Assembly: GCA_004431415.1 (NCBI GenBank)
Contig: QPMI01000483.1
Location: forward strand, 248,001 to 312,000
From: Cyanophora paradoxa CCMP329
Taxonomy: Eukaryota; Plantae; Glaucophyta
Length of the DNA: 64,000 nt
Direction: 5' to 3'
Under the pieces are notes generated by a model. That model was not told where the DNA came from. It made no database searches and was given only the letters and a program-made list of their open reading frames with translations. Position numbers and translations under genes: made by a program. Positions 11,301-26,300 of the stretch are shown piece by piece (within the stretch, counting starts at the first letter, position 1; each line of letters opens with the position of its first letter).

Positions 11301-14300
11301 TGAGCGGTGCTCGCGACCCCACTCCGTTAGCAACTTCTGGATACGGAGGTCCCTGCGATCCGGGCTACTACTGCGAGCTGGGAACCGGCGACCCCATTCC
11401 TTGCCCTCAGGGACAGTACTACGCCAACTTAGGTAACCCCGGCTCAAACGGAGTCAATGGGACGAAATGCCTGTTGTGCCCGCCCGGCTACTACTGCCCG
11501 GACCTGGCCATGAAAGACGGAAACGGTGCGTTTCTACGAGATTACCTAGATGTGCCCCTCGTCGTCGCTTATAACCTCGGCAGTGTACGAGTGCCCGCGC
11601 GGCTCCTACTGTCCCGAAGGCTCGACATATCCAACAGTTTGGTACGCCCAAGTTCAGCTTTCATCCCCCGCGCGGGTCTCACATGCGAGCGCAGCCCCGC
11701 TGGCACCATCCAAAACATCACGCGCGCCTCAGGCCTCGTGCAGTGTCTCAGCTGTCCGGCCGGCCAGTATTGCCCGGCCCCGAACCAGACTGCCCCGGCC
11801 GGCCCCTGCCAGGCAGGATTCTACTGTACTGGCGGAGCGGTTACTCCTCAGCAGAACGGCGTGCCCCCCGGCTATTACACGCTCGCGGGCGCCTCGCAGC
11901 CGGCGCCTTGCCCTCCGGGCTCGTACAACCCCAGCCCCAACCAGGCAAGCTGCACGCCGTGCACGGAAGGCAACTACTGCCCGGATCTGAACACCCCGTC
12001 CATGATTACGTGCACAGTCGGCCATTACTGCCCAGCGCAGAGCGTGCGGCCCATTCCTTGCCCCGCCGGCACCTACAGCGCTCGACCCGGTCTCGGCAAC
12101 ATCACCCAGTGCATCCAGTGCACGCCGGGCTACTATTGCGGCACCGTCGGCCTGACTACTGTTTCCGGCGGCTGTCTTCCCGGCTTCTACTGCGTCGGCG
12201 GCTCGCCTGCACCGAACCCTGTCGCCTTGTCGTGTGCGTACATGTCGTCGATTCGTTTTTCTTCATCCCACGCATGGCTCTGATCATGCGTTCTCGCAGC
12301 TGGCGGCCGTTGCCCTCGCGGATACTACTGCCCCGCCAACACGTCAGCCCCATTGTCCTGCCCGCTCGGGACTTACTTCCCTGGCGAGGGCAACATGGAC
12401 GTCTCTGGTTGCCTGCAATGCGCCCCGGGCTACTACTGCAGTGACGTCGCGCTCGCGGCTCCCATCGGGCGGTGCCCGGCCGGCCACTATTGTCCGCTCG
12501 GCACCTCCTACCCCGTTCCTTGCCCGAACGGCACGTACAACGCGCTCACCGGCGCGAGCGGCCTCGGCTCTTGTCTCTTGGCCCAGGGCGGCACGTACTC
12601 CGCTGGTGTTGGCAACACCCAAGTCACGGGCAACTGCTCGGCTGGCTACTACTGCCCCACTGGCTCCGTCTCCTCGACGCAGATCGACTGTCCGAAGGGC
12701 TCGTATTGCCCCCCGGCATCTGCGGCACCTATCTCCTGCGAGCCCGGCACCTACGCGCCGACGACAAGCCAAGCCACGTGTACAGTCTGTCCAGCAGGAA
12801 CATACTGTCCTGGAAGCAACACGGACACTCCGACTGATTGCACGGCTGGCAACTTCTGCCCCGCCAACAGCATTCAACCTTCGCCTTGGTATGCGCTTGA
12901 GCTGTCTTTTGTCCTAGAAAGTGTTTGAGTTTCCCCCTCCGCAGCCCGATAGGGACATATTCGAACTCTACGCGCCTACTGGCCGCGTCTTACTGCACAA
13001 ATTGCGAGCCGGGCATGTACTGCGACCGGCCCTCCCTGACCGCCCCCACCGGACCGTGCTTCCCTGGCTTCTACTGCTTCGGAGGAGCCACGACCGGCAA
13101 CCAAACGGATTGTCCGGCCGGCGGCTACTGTCCTGCGGGATCGACTCAGGCACAGCCGTGCCCGATGGGCACATTCCGTACCGGCATCCGCGGACAGTCT
13201 GAATCGGACTGCACGACGTGTACCGCCGGCAAGTACTGCAATGACACGGGCCTCAGGGCGCCCGCCGGTGACTGCATGCCTGGGTACTACTGCCCATCTG
13301 GATCGCGCACGCCAACGGCATGCCCTCCGGGCTCGTACAACCCGCAATCGTCGACGTCCGATATCAACAACTGCATGTCGTGTCCACCCGGAAAGTACTG
13401 CGCGGGCCCCGGCAACGCGAACTACACAGGCCTCTGCGCGGCGGGCTACTACTGTCCCGGCAACCAGACGACAGCGACGCCGGCGGACTTGCAGTGCCAG
13501 CCCGGCCAGTACTCGAATCCGGGCGCCTTCTCGTGCTCGATCTGCTCTTCTGGATTCTACAATCCGGCCCCGGCTCAGGGCGCCTGTCTGCCTTGCATCG
13601 CTGGGTTCTCTTGCCCTGCAGGGTGCGTTCTATATTGCTTCGTGCCATGTTCCCATTGTTTAACAGTTTGGCAGGAGCACGAACATCACTGCATGCCCGG
13701 CTGGTACATATTGCCCTGCGCAGGCGGCTTCACCGACGAAGTGCGACCCTGGCTACTATGGCACGACTGCAACAGCCACCAGCGTCTCTGAGGGCTGCAT
13801 GCGCTGCGATCTCGGCAAGTACTGCGCTGGCTCGGGCCTTACGGCACCCACCGGTGCTTGTCTCGAGGGGTACTACTGCCTTACTGGCTCGGACACTTCG
13901 ACGCCCCAGAACAGGACGGTCGACGCGCTCTTTGTCGGCGACAAGTGTCCAGCGGGCTACTATTGCACGAACGGGACCACGCAAATCCAGCCCTGCCCCG
14001 CCGGCACGTTCTCCAACGCAAGGGGTTTGATCAATGTGGAGGCCTGCACGCCCTGCACTGAAGGCTTCTACTGCAACAACCCCGGCCAGACGACCGTCAA
14101 CGCCACTTGCCCCGCTGGCCATTACTGCCCGACAGGCTCTTCCAACCCGCGTGCCTGCCCGGCCGGCACATACAACAACCTCACGCAGCAGGCCGCCCTT
14201 AGCAACTGCATTCCTGCGCCAGCTGGCAACTACATTGATTCCCCTGGCAGAACCACTCCGGGCCTGCCGTGCAACGTAGGGTATTACTGTCCGGCGGGCT

Positions 14301-17300
14301 CGTCTTCCACTTCTCTGAACCTCTGCCCCGCCGGCACGGCCTGCCCCGCCGGGTCTCCAATCTTCCAGAACTGCCAGCCGGGCACGTATCAGCCGTCGCC
14401 CGGCCAGTCATCTTGTCAGCCGTGTCCTGCCGGCACGTACTGCCCCGGCGTCAGCTCCACAAACACGACGCTCTGCGAGCCCGGTCGTTACTGCCCTGAG
14501 CAATCCAGCACGCCGTCGCTCTGCCAGGCCGGCACGTACAATCCCGTGGCAGGCACGCAGAGCGCGGCGGCTTGCCGTCAGTGTGACGCTGGCTTCTTCT
14601 GCGCGTCGGCGGGCCTTGTTTCTCCGACTGGGCCGTGCCAGAAGGGCTACTACTGCAACGGTACCCTCGGCTCACCTACGGCAACGCCAACCAACAGCTC
14701 GTATGGCGGAATCTGCCCGAAGGGCTTCTACTGCCCCGGCAACTCCACCGCGTCCACAACGGACTGCACGGGCGCTGGTACCATTTCTCCAAGCGCATGC
14801 CCCATCGGCACGTACTACAACGGCACGGGCCTTACGGACGTCACCGGGTGCACTCCTTGCGATGCCGGCTACTACTGCAGTTCGGTCGGCCTGGCAGTGC
14901 CGACTGGCCTATGCCCCGCAGGAACTTATTGTCCGCGGAGCTCGGCGTACGCGACTGACTGCCCTGCCGGTTCATACAACCCCAAAAACGGTTCGGGCTC
15001 GTTCGCCGAGTGCCTTCAGTGCCCACCGGGACAATACTGTGCGGCGGATCGTCTCACGGCTCCGAGTGGCTATTGCCAAGAAGGCTATTACTGCGCCGGC
15101 AACAGCTCTACGTCGACTCAGTTCATCACGCCGCCCGGCGCTTACTCGCCTGCAGGCGCGGCTGCTCCCATCAGCTGCCCGCCGGGCTCGTACAACGATC
15201 TCCCGGCTCAGCCTGTTTGTAAGGTTGTCCAATCTGGTTACTACTCGCCTGCGACCGGCAGCACAAACCAGACCATCTGCCCGACCGGCCACTATTGCCC
15301 CGAAAACAGTACGTGGCCGAACCCTTGCCCCGCTGGAATGTACAACAGTCGCATTGGAGGTCGCACGTCGTCGGACTGCACGCTCTGCGATCCCGGCACG
15401 TTCTGCGGTACGACGGGCCTGTCGGGGCCTTCTGGGCCTTGCCTTGCGGGCTACTTCTGCGGGCGTGGTGCTGTTGTCAACAACCCGCGCGAGGCGCCGG
15501 CGAATGTAAACGACATTTGTCCTGCTGGACATTACTGCCCTGGCAACGCAACCGCCTCTGCGGGCTCGTCGGTTTGTGGTGGCGTCGGCACTTCGCAGCC
15601 GATCGCGTGCCCGCCTGGCACATACTTCGACGACTTGGGCAACACGAACGTGACTGGATGCAAGCCGTGCTCGCCTGGAATGCTCTGCCGCAACTCGGGG
15701 ACGGTGACTCCCACGGAAGTCTGCCCGCGCGGCAACTACTGCCCGGCTGGATCCTCTCTACCCATTGCCTGCCCGATTGGCACGTTCTTGAACGTCACTG
15801 GGGCGAGCAATGTTGGTGAGCCTTAAACTGCAGGCGTTCTCTCGCATGTTCTGACGGCGAGGCAGGTCAATGCGTGAAGTGCTCGCCTGGCTATTACTGC
15901 GCGGGCTCGGGCCTCAATCTTCCCACCAACCTCTGCTGGCCCGGATTTTACTGTCGCGGCAACGCGTCATCGCCCCAGGACGCCATCACGCCCAGTGGTA
16001 CATATACGTCGTACGGCGCCTTCGCGCCCATTCCTTGCCGTACGTGGCTTCTCCCGCTCGTGTCATTGTGACCCGTATGCAGTTATTAACTTGGTTCACA
16101 GCGGCTGGTACCTGGCAAGATCAGCAGGGTACTGGCGGGTGCAAGGGCTGCCCCGCAGGCTCGTATTGTCCTGGCAGCGGCAACACCGGCTACCTCCCGT
16201 GCCCGCTTGGCCGATACTGCCCGGAGAACACTAGTGTTCCTCTTTTCTGCCCTGCAGGCACGTACAGTACAACGACGTCTCTGCAGTCGGCTTCTGAGTG
16301 CAAGGCCTGCGACCCGGGCACGTTCTGCGGCTACACTGGTCTCACAACGCCGACGGGCCCGTGCGCGCCTGGCTACTACTGTCTCAGCGGCTCAATTACA
16401 TCAACCCCCGTAAATGCGAGCTACGGAAACCTTTGCCCAGCTGGCAAGTACTGCCCTGGCACGAACAGTACCGCGAGCACCGCTGTCGGAACTTTCCAGC
16501 CCATCGACTGTCCACTGGGAACGTATTATCCGTCCACTGGTCTTGCGAGCAGCGCTGGATGCCTTCCTTGCGTAGCTGGAATGGTGTGCAACGTCACCGG
16601 AATAGTAACGCCATTCTACCAGTGCCCCGCTGGCTCGTACTGCCCAGCAGGAACCATCACTCCCACACCGTGCCCGGCTGGAACGTACAGTCCAAACCTC
16701 GGATTACGCGGTAAGCGTGTCGCGATCTGCTCTTTCCGAATGCACTTCAAGCTCACTGACTTGCCCGCTTGCAGATGTTGCCCAGTGCATCGGCTCGCCT
16801 CCTGGTTATTACACGAGTGGCGTCGGAAACACAGTGCCCACGGGTCTCTGCAGCGCTGGATACTATTGCACGGGCAATGCATCGACCCCGACGCAGTTCG
16901 CTGCACCTCCCGGCACGTTCACTTCAGACGGAGCATCCGCACCAACACTCTGCTCGGAGGCAACATACCAGCCCCTCCCTGGAAAGGCGTCGTGCGACAT
17001 CGCGGTCGCTGGTTACTACGCTCCTGCTTTCGGGAACACAAACCTCACGGTTTGCATTGTCGGTCATTACTGCCCGGCCAACAGCTCTGCGCCGACGCCT
17101 TGTCCGGCCGGCACCTACAACGCTCTCACTGGCATGGCCAGCCTGGCCTCGTGCAAGCAGTGCGACCCCGGCTTCTACTGCGGCTCGACTGGTCTGTCGC
17201 AGCCTTCGGGCCCGTGCCAGAAGGGCTACTACTGCAACGGCCCGCTTGGCTCGCCAACGGCGACGCCGACGAACAGCTCGTACGGCGGCATCTGTCCAGC

Positions 17301-20300
17301 CGGCAAGTATTGCCCCGGCAATTCAACAAATTCCACGACGGACTGCACAGGCGCTGGCACGATCGTGCCGTTCAACTGCCCAGCGGGCACGTACTACAAC
17401 AGCACGGGCCTGACGGACGTCACGGGCTGCACGGACTGCGACGCCGGCTCGTTCTGTAACGCGACGGGTCTGGTACTGCCTGTCGGGACCTGCCCAGCGG
17501 GCGCGTACTGTCCTAGAAAGACCGTCAACCCGATTCCTTGCCCTGCCGGAACGTTCAGTTCTGCAACGGCTCTCACATCAGTCTTCTTCTGTCAGCCATG
17601 TCCTGCAGGCAAGTATTGCGGTTCAGACGGGTTGACGGCACCATCCGGTGACTGTTTGCCTGGATATTTCTGCACGGGCAACAGCTCGACGTCGATGCAG
17701 TTTGAGACTCCGCGAGGCACATTCACGCTGTCTGGCGCATCAGAACCTTCTCTGTGCTCTCCGGCAACGTACAACGGCCTTCCCGGCCGTTCTACTTGTG
17801 TCTTCTCGGATCCTGGATACTACGCGTCTGCAACGGGCAACACCAACCAGACAATATGCCCAGATGGACACTACTGCCCAGGCAATAGCTCCGCTCCGAC
17901 GCCTTGTCCAGTTGGAACGTACAATGCTCTCACTGGAATGGCGAGCCTGGCGTCGTGCAAGCAGTGCGACGCCGGCTTCTACTGCGGCTCGACTGGTCTG
18001 TCGCAGTCGACTGGCCCGTGCCAGAAGGGCTACTACTGCAACGGCCCGCTTGGCTCGCCAACGGCGACGCCGACGAACAGCTCGTACGGCGGGATCTGCC
18101 CGCAGGGCTTCTACTGCCCCGGCAACTCGACGACGTCGACGACGGACTGCACGGGCGCTGGCACGATCGTGCCGTTCGCCTGCCCGCTGGGCACGTACTA
18201 CAACAGCACGGGCCTGACGGACGTCACGGGCTGCACGGACTGCGACGCCGGCTCGTTCTGTAACGCGACGGGCCTGGTGCTGCCGGTGGCGAAGTGCCCT
18301 GCAGGCACCTACTGCCCGCAGAAGACGGTGAACCCGATCAACTGCCCGGCGGGCACGTACAGCGCGGCGACGGGCGTCACGTCGATCGCAGGCTGCATGT
18401 CTTGCCCTGCCGGCAAGTACTGTGGGGCGGACGGCCTCACGGCGCCGACGGGCAACTGCACGGCTGGGTTCTTCTGCACGGGCAACAGCACGTCGGCCAC
18501 CCAGTTCGATACGCCGGCAGGCACGTTCACGCTGTCTGGCGCGTCGGAGCCTTCCCTGTGCCCGCCGGCAACGTACAACAGCCTGTCACGCCGGTCGTCC
18601 TGCGTCCCCGCGGATGCGGGCTACTACGCTGCAGCGACCGGCAACACCAACCAGACCATCTGCCCAGACGGACACTACTGCCCGGCCAACAGCTTCGCCC
18701 CGACGGCTTGCCCGGCCGGCACCTACAACCCCGCGACGGGCATGTCGAGCCTGGCGTCGTGCAAGCAGTGCGACGCCGGCTTCTACTGCGGCTCGACTGG
18801 TCTGTCGCAGCCGACGGGCCCGTGCCAGAAGGGCTACTACTGCAACGGCCCGCTTGGCTCGCCGACGGCGACGCCGACGAACAGCTCGTACGGCGGGATC
18901 TGCCCGCAGGGCTTCTACTGCCCCGGCAACTCGACGACGTCGACGACGGACTGCACGGGCGCTGGCACGATCGTGCCGTTCGCCTGCCCGCTGGGCACGT
19001 TCTACAACAGCACGGGCCTGACGGACGTCACGGGCTGCACGGACTGCGACGCCGGCTCGTTCTGTAACGCGACGGGCCTGGTGCTGCCGGTGGCGAAGTG
19101 CCCTGCAGGCACCTACTGCCCGCAGAAGACGGTGAACCCGATCAACTGCCCGGCGGGCACGTACAGCGCGGCGACGGGCGTCACGTCGATCGCAGGCTGC
19201 ATGTCTTGCCCTGCCGGCAAGTACTGTGGGGCGGACGGCCTCACGGCGCCGACGGGCAACTGCACGGCTGGGTTCTTCTGCACGGGCAACAGCACGTCGG
19301 CCACCCAGTTCGATACGCCGGCAGGCACGTTCACGCTGTCTGGCGCGTCGGAGCCTTCCCTGTGCCCGCCGGCAACGTACAACAGCCTGTCACGCCGGTC
19401 GTCCTGCGTCCCCGCGGATGCGGGCTACTACGCTGCAGCGACCGGCAACACCAACCAGACCATCTGCCCAGACGGACACTACTGCCCGGCCAACAGCTTC
19501 GCCCCGACGGCTTGCCCGGCCGGCACCTACAACCCCGCGACGGGCATGTCGAGCCTGGCGTCGTGCAAGCAGTGCGACGCCGGCTTCTACTGCGGCTCGA
19601 CTGGTCTGTCGCAGCCGACGGGCCCGTGCCAGAAGGGCTACTACTGCAACGGCCCGCTTGGCTCGCCGACGGCGACGCCGACGAACAGCTCGTACGGCGG
19701 GATCTGCCCGAAGGGCTTCTACTGCCCGGCAACTCGACGACGTCGACGGCGGACTGCACGGGCGCTGGCACGATCGTGCCGTTCGCCTGCCCGCTGGGCA
19801 CGTTCTACAACAGCACGGGCCTGACGGACGTCACGGGCTGCACGGACTGCGACGCCGGCTCGTTCTGTAACGCGACGGGCCTGGTGCTGCCGGTGGCGAA
19901 GTGCCCTGCAGGCACCTACTGCCCGCAGAAGACGGTGAACCCGATCAACTGCCCGGCGGGCACGTACAGCGCGGCGACGGGCGTCACCTCCGTTGGCGGG
20001 TGCCTCGCTTGCCCGCCCGGGCGTTACTGCGCCGCGGATGGTATCGTTGTGCCCACAGGGAACTGCACGGCTGGGTACTTCTGCACGGGCAACAGCACGT
20101 CGGCCACCCAGTTCCCAGCGCCGGCCGGCACGTTCACGCTCTCCGGCGCGTCACAGCCGACTGTGTGCCCGCAGGCCACGTATCAGCCTTTGCCGGCCCA
20201 GTCTTCTTGCATCCCGACGGATGCAGGCTTCTTTGCGGCTTCGACGGGCAACATCAACCAAACTGTTTGCACGGCCGGCAACTACTGCCCGGCGAACAGC

Positions 20301-23300
20301 GCGTGGCCCACCCCGTGCCCTGAAGGGACATACAGCGCGCAGAAGGGTGGCCGCTCGGCCGCGGACTGCACGCTCTGCGATCCCGGCACGTTCTGCGGCA
20401 CGACGGGCCTCTCGGCGCCATCGGGACCGTGCCTCCCAGGCTACTACTGCACACGCGGCGCCAAGGTCAACAATCCGACGGACCCTGCAAACGGTAACGA
20501 CCTCTGCACAACGGGCCACTACTGCCCTGGCAACGCAACCGCTTCTGCGGGCTCGTCGATCTGCGGTGGCGTTGGCACCTCGCAGCCGGTCGCGTGCCCG
20601 CCCGGCACGTTCTATGACTTGCGAGGCAACACGAACGTGACTGGATGCAAGCCTTGCTCGCCTGGCATGCTCTGTCCGAACTCGGGGACGGTGACTCCCA
20701 CGGAAGTCTGCCCGCGTGGCAAGTACTGCCCGGCTGGATCTTCTTCATCGATCGCCTGCCCGATCGGGACGTTCTTGAACGTCACTGGGGCGAGCAATAT
20801 TGGTGAGCTGAGCCTTGAATCTGCAAGCGTTCTTTGCATGTTCTGACGGCGAGGCAGGTCAATGCGTGAAGTGCTCGCCTGGCTTTTACTGTGCGTACGA
20901 TGGTCAATCCTTGCCCACTGGACCCTGCACGCCGGGATATTACTGCCGTGTTGGCGCGTCGTCGGCTCAGGACGCAATCACTCCCAACGGCACATTCACA
21001 CTCGCGGGCGCCTTTGCGCCCTCTCCATGCGGTATGTATTTTACTTCTCGCCATTTTCCCCGAATTTACCATTTGCTTTTGCAGCTGCTGGCACTTGGCA
21101 AGACCAGCAAGGCACCTCAGGCTGCAAGGGTTGCCCGGCTGGTGCTTACTGCCCTGGCAGCGGCAACATTGGCTACATCCCGTGCCCGGCTGGCCGGTAC
21201 TGCCCGGACAACACCAGTGTGCCTCTCCTCTGCCCTGTCGGCACATACAGTGACACAACCTCGCTCAAGTCTGTATCGGAGTGCAAGGCCTGCGACCCCG
21301 GCACGTACTGCGGTTCTCTGGGCCTCACGACGCCAACTGGCCCGTGTGCGCCCGGGTACTACTGCACATCTGGATCAATCACGGCGACTCCGGTCAATGC
21401 GAGCTATGGCAACATCTGCCCGGCCGGCAAGTACTGCCCTGGCGCTGCGAGCGGATCAGCAACGTGCGGCGCCATCGGCACCTCGGCGCCGATCGACTGC
21501 CCGCTCGGCACCTACTATCCGTTCCTTGGGCTTACGAACGTTACCGGCTGCATCAGCTGCGACGCTGGCAAGGTTTGTAATACCTCAGCGCTGGTCACTC
21601 CCGTCTACAGCTGCCCAGCCGGCGCGTACTGTCCCGGTGGCACGATTACGCCAGTCCTGTGTCCGTCTGGCAGTTACAATGCCTTGCTTGGGGCTAAAGG
21701 TGAGGTTGATGTTTTTCTTTCTGAGAAATTACTCTCGCTTACGTGGCCTCCTTGCTCTCGCAAGGTCTTGGTGAATGCCTGGGCTCGCCTCCTGGTTATT
21801 ACACGAGTGGTGTGGGTAATACTGCACCGACTGGCCTCTGCAGCGCTGGCTACTATTGCACAGGCAACAGCACAACATCTATGCAGTACACAGCTCCAGC
21901 TGGTACTTTCACACTGACGGGCGCTTCCGCACCTACTCTGTGCCCGCCAGCAGCATACCAGCCGTCTACAGCTCGAACTTCGTGCCTTCCTGCGGATGCG
22001 GGCTACTACGCCGCAGCGACCGGCAACACCAACCAGACCATCTGCCCGTCGGGCAGCTACTGCCCGGCCAACAGTTCTGCACCGACGGATTGCCCGGCCG
22101 GCACCTACAACCCCGCGACGGGCATGTCGAGCCTGGCGTCGTGCAAGCAGTGCGACGCCGGCTTCTACTGCGGCTCGACTGGTCTGTCGCAGCCGACGGG
22201 CCCGTGCCAGAAGGGCTACTACTGCAACGGCCCGCTTGGCTCGCGGACGGCGACGCCGACAAACAGCTCGTACGGCGGGATCTGCCCGAAGGGCTTCTAC
22301 TGCCCCGGCAACTCGACGACGTCGACGACGGACTGCACGGGCGCTGGCACGATCGTGCCGTTCGCCTGCCCGCTGGGCACGTTCTACAACAGCACGGGCC
22401 TGACGGACGTCACGGGCTGCACGGACTGCGACGCCGGCTCGTTCTGTAACGCGACGGGCCTGGTGCTGCCGGTGGCGAAGTGCCCTGCAGGCACCTACTG
22501 CCCGCAGAAGACGGTGAACCCGATCAACTGCCCGGCGGGCACGTACAGCGCGGCGACGGGCGTCACGTCGATCGCAGGCTGCATGTCTTGCCCTGCCGGC
22601 AAGTACTGTGGGGCGGACGGCCTCACGGCGCCGACGGGCAACTGCACGGCTGGGTTCTTCTGCACGGGCAACAGCACGTCGGCCACCCAGTTCGATACGC
22701 CGGCAGGCACGTTCACGCTGTCTGGCGCGTCGGAGCCTTCCCTGTGCCCGCCGGCAACGTACAACAGCCTGTCACGCCGGTCGTCCTGCGTCCCCGCGGA
22801 TGCGGGCTACTACGCTGCAGCGACCGGCAACACCAACCAGACCATCTGCCCAGACGGACACTACTGCCCGGCCAACAGCTTCGCCCCGACGGCTTGCCCG
22901 GCCGGCACCTACAACCCCGCGACGGGCATGTCGAGCCTGGCGTCGTGCAAGCAGTGCGACGCCGGCTTCTACTGCGGCTCGACTGGTCTGTCGCAGCCGA
23001 CGGGCCCGTGCCAGAAGGGCTACTACTGCAACGGCCCGCTTGGCTCGCCGACGGCGACGCCGACGAACAGCTCGTACGGCGGGATCTGCCCGCAGGGCTT
23101 CTACTGCCCCGGCAACTCGACGACGTCGACGGCGGACTGCACGGGCGCTGGCACGATCGTGCCGTTCGCCTGCCCGCTGGGCACGTTCTACAACAGCACG
23201 GGCCTGACGGACGTCACGGGCTGCACGGACTGCGACGCCGGCTCGTTCTGTAACGCGACGGGCCTGGTGCTGCCGGTGGCGAAGTGCCCTGCAGGCACCT

Positions 23301-26300
23301 ACTGCCCGCAGAAGACGGTGAACCCGATCAACTGCCCGGCGGGCACGTACAGCGCGGCGACGGGCGTCACGTCGATCGCAGGCTGCATGTCTTGCCCTGC
23401 CGGCAAGTACTGTGGGGCGGACGGCCTCACGGCGCCGACGGGCAACTGCACGGCTGGGTTCTTCTGCACGGGCAACAGCACGTCGGCCACCCAGTTCGAT
23501 ACGCCGGCAGGCACGTTCACGCTGTCTGGCGCGTCGGAGCCTTCCCTGTGCCCGCCGGCAACGTACAACAGCCTGTCACGCCGGTCGTCCTGCGTCCCCG
23601 CGGATGCGGGCTACTACGCTGCAGCGACCGGCAACACCAACCAGACCATCTGCCCAGACGGACACTACTGCCCGGCCAACAGCTTCGCCCCGACGGCTTG
23701 CCCGGCCGGCACCTACAACCCCGCGACGGGCATGTCGAGCCTGGCGTCGTGCAAGCAGTGCGACGCCGGCTTCTACTGCGGCTCGACTGGTCTGTCGCAG
23801 CCGACGGGCCCGTGCCAGAAGGGCTACTACTGCAACGGCCCGCTTGGCTCGCCGACGGCGACGCCGACGAACAGCTCGTACGGCGGGATCTGCCCGAAGG
23901 GCTTCTACTGCCCCGGCAACTCGACGACGTCGACGACGGACTGCACGGGCGCTGGCACGATTGTGCCGTTCGCCTGTCCGCTGGGCACGTTCTACAACAG
24001 CACGGGCCTGACGGACGTCACGGGCTGCACGGACTGCGACGCCGGCTCGTTCTGTAACGCGACGGGCCTGGTGCTGCCGGTGGCGAAGTGCCCTGCAGGC
24101 ACCTACTGCCCGCAGAAGACGGTGAACCCGATCAACTGCCCGGCGGGCACGTACAGCGCGGCGACGGGCGTCACGTCGATCGCAGGCTGCATGTCTTGCC
24201 CTGCCGGCAAGTACTGTGGGGCGGACGGCCTCACGGCGCCGACGGGCAACTGCACGGCTGGGTTCTTCTGCACGGGCAACAGCACGTCGGCCACCCAGTT
24301 CGATACGCCGGCAGGCACGTTCACGCTGTCTGGCGCGTCGGAGCCTTCCCTGTGCCCGCCGGCAACGTACAACAGCCTGTCACGCCGGTCGTCCTGCGTC
24401 CCCGCGGATGCGGGCTACTACGCTGCAGCGACCGGCAACACCAACCAGACCATCTGCCCAGACGGACACTACTGCCCGGCCAACAGCTTCGCCCCGACGG
24501 CTTGCCCGGCCGGCACCTACAACCCCGCGACGGGCATGTCGAGCCTGGCGTCGTGCAAGCAGTGCGACGCCGGCTTCTACTGCGGCTCGACTGGTCTGTC
24601 GCAGCCGACGGGCCCGTGCCAGAAGGGCTACTACTGCAACGGCCCGCTTGGCTCGCCGACGGCGACGCCGACGAACAGCTCGTACGGCGGGATCTGCCCG
24701 AAGGGCTTCTACTGCCCCGGCAACTCGACGACGTCGACGGCGGACTGCACGGGCGCTGGCACGATCGTGCCGTTCGCCTGCCCGCTGGGCACGTTCTACA
24801 ACAGCACGGGCCTGACGGACGTCACGGGCTGCACGGACTGCGACGCCGGCTCGTTCTGTAACGCGACGGGCCTGGTGCTGCCGGTGGCGAAGTGCCCTGC
24901 AGGCACCTACTGCCCGCAGAAGACGGTGAACCCGATCAACTGCCCGGCGGGCACGTACAGCGCGGCGACGGGCGTCACTTCCGTTGGCGGGTGCCTCGCT
25001 TGCCCGCCCGGGCGTTACTGCGCCGCGGATGGTATCGTTGTGCCCACAGGGAACTGCACGGCTGGGTACTTCTGCACGGGCAACAGCACGTCGGCCACCC
25101 AGTTCCCAGCGCCGGCCGGCACGTTCACGCTCTCCGGCGCGTCACAGCCGACTGTGTGCCCGCAGGCCACGTATCAGCCTTTGCCGGCCCAGTCTTCTTG
25201 CATCCCGACGGATGCAGGCTTCTTTGCGGCTTCGACGGGCAACGTCAACCAAACTGTTTGCACGGCCGGCAACTACTGCCCGGCGAACAGCGCGTGGCCC
25301 ACCCCGTGCCCTGAAGGGACATACAGCGCGCAGAAGGGTGGCCGCTCGGCCGCGGACTGCACGCTCTGCGATCCCGGCACGTTCTGCGGCACGACGGGCC
25401 TCTCGGCGCCATCGGGACCGTGCCTCCCAGGCTACTACTGCACACGCGGCGCCAAGGTCAACAATCCGACGGACCCTGCAAACGGCAACGACCTCTGCAC
25501 AACGGGCCACTACTGCCCTGGCAACGCAACCGCTTCTGCGGGCTCGTCGATCTGCGGTGGCGTTGGCACCTCGCAGCCGGTCGCGTGCCCGCCCGGCACG
25601 TTCAATGACTTGCGAGGCAATACGGCGCAGTCCGGCTGCAAGCCTTGCCTTGCTGGTTATATTTGCTCGGCTTCCGGTCTTTCTTGGCCGAACGAGCCTT
25701 GCCCGCGCGGCAGCTACTGCCCGTCAGGCCTCTCAGTCGCGACTACTTGCCCCATCGGCACTTTCGTCAACGTTACCGGTTCGAGCAGCGTTGGGCAGTG
25801 CGTGAGGTGCTCGCCTGGATACTACTGCGCGACTCCCGGATCACCTCTTCCAACTGGGCTCTGCGCACCTGGCTACTATTGCCGCGGCGGGGCGTCGTCC
25901 TCTCAGGACGCCATCACGCCAAATGGCACTTACACTCTCGCTGGCGCCTTCGCTCCTGTCCCTTGTGGTGCGTGCAGCGATTGGCCTCGTGCTCGTGTAC
26001 CAGCGTTTCTCCTCACGTTTTCGCAGCTCCTGGCACTTGGCAAGACCAGCAAGGCACCTCAGGCTGCAAGGGCTGCCCGGCTGGTGCTTACTGCCCTGGC
26101 AGCGGTACCATTGAATACAAGCCTTGCCCGGCTGGCCGGTACTGCCCGGACAACACCAGCGTGCCTCTCCTCTGCCCTGTCGGCACATACAGTGACACAA
26201 CCTCGCTCAAGTCTGTATCGGAGTGCAAGGCCTGCGACCCCGGCACGTACTGCGGTTCTCTGGGCCTCACGACGCCAACTGGCCCGTGTGCGCCCGGGTA

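Noticed and set aside
17100-24978. CRISPR array or prokaryotic system
   Set aside because: The repeats are contiguous 804-bp coding units without spacers, and the whole window is spliceosomal eukaryotic DNA.
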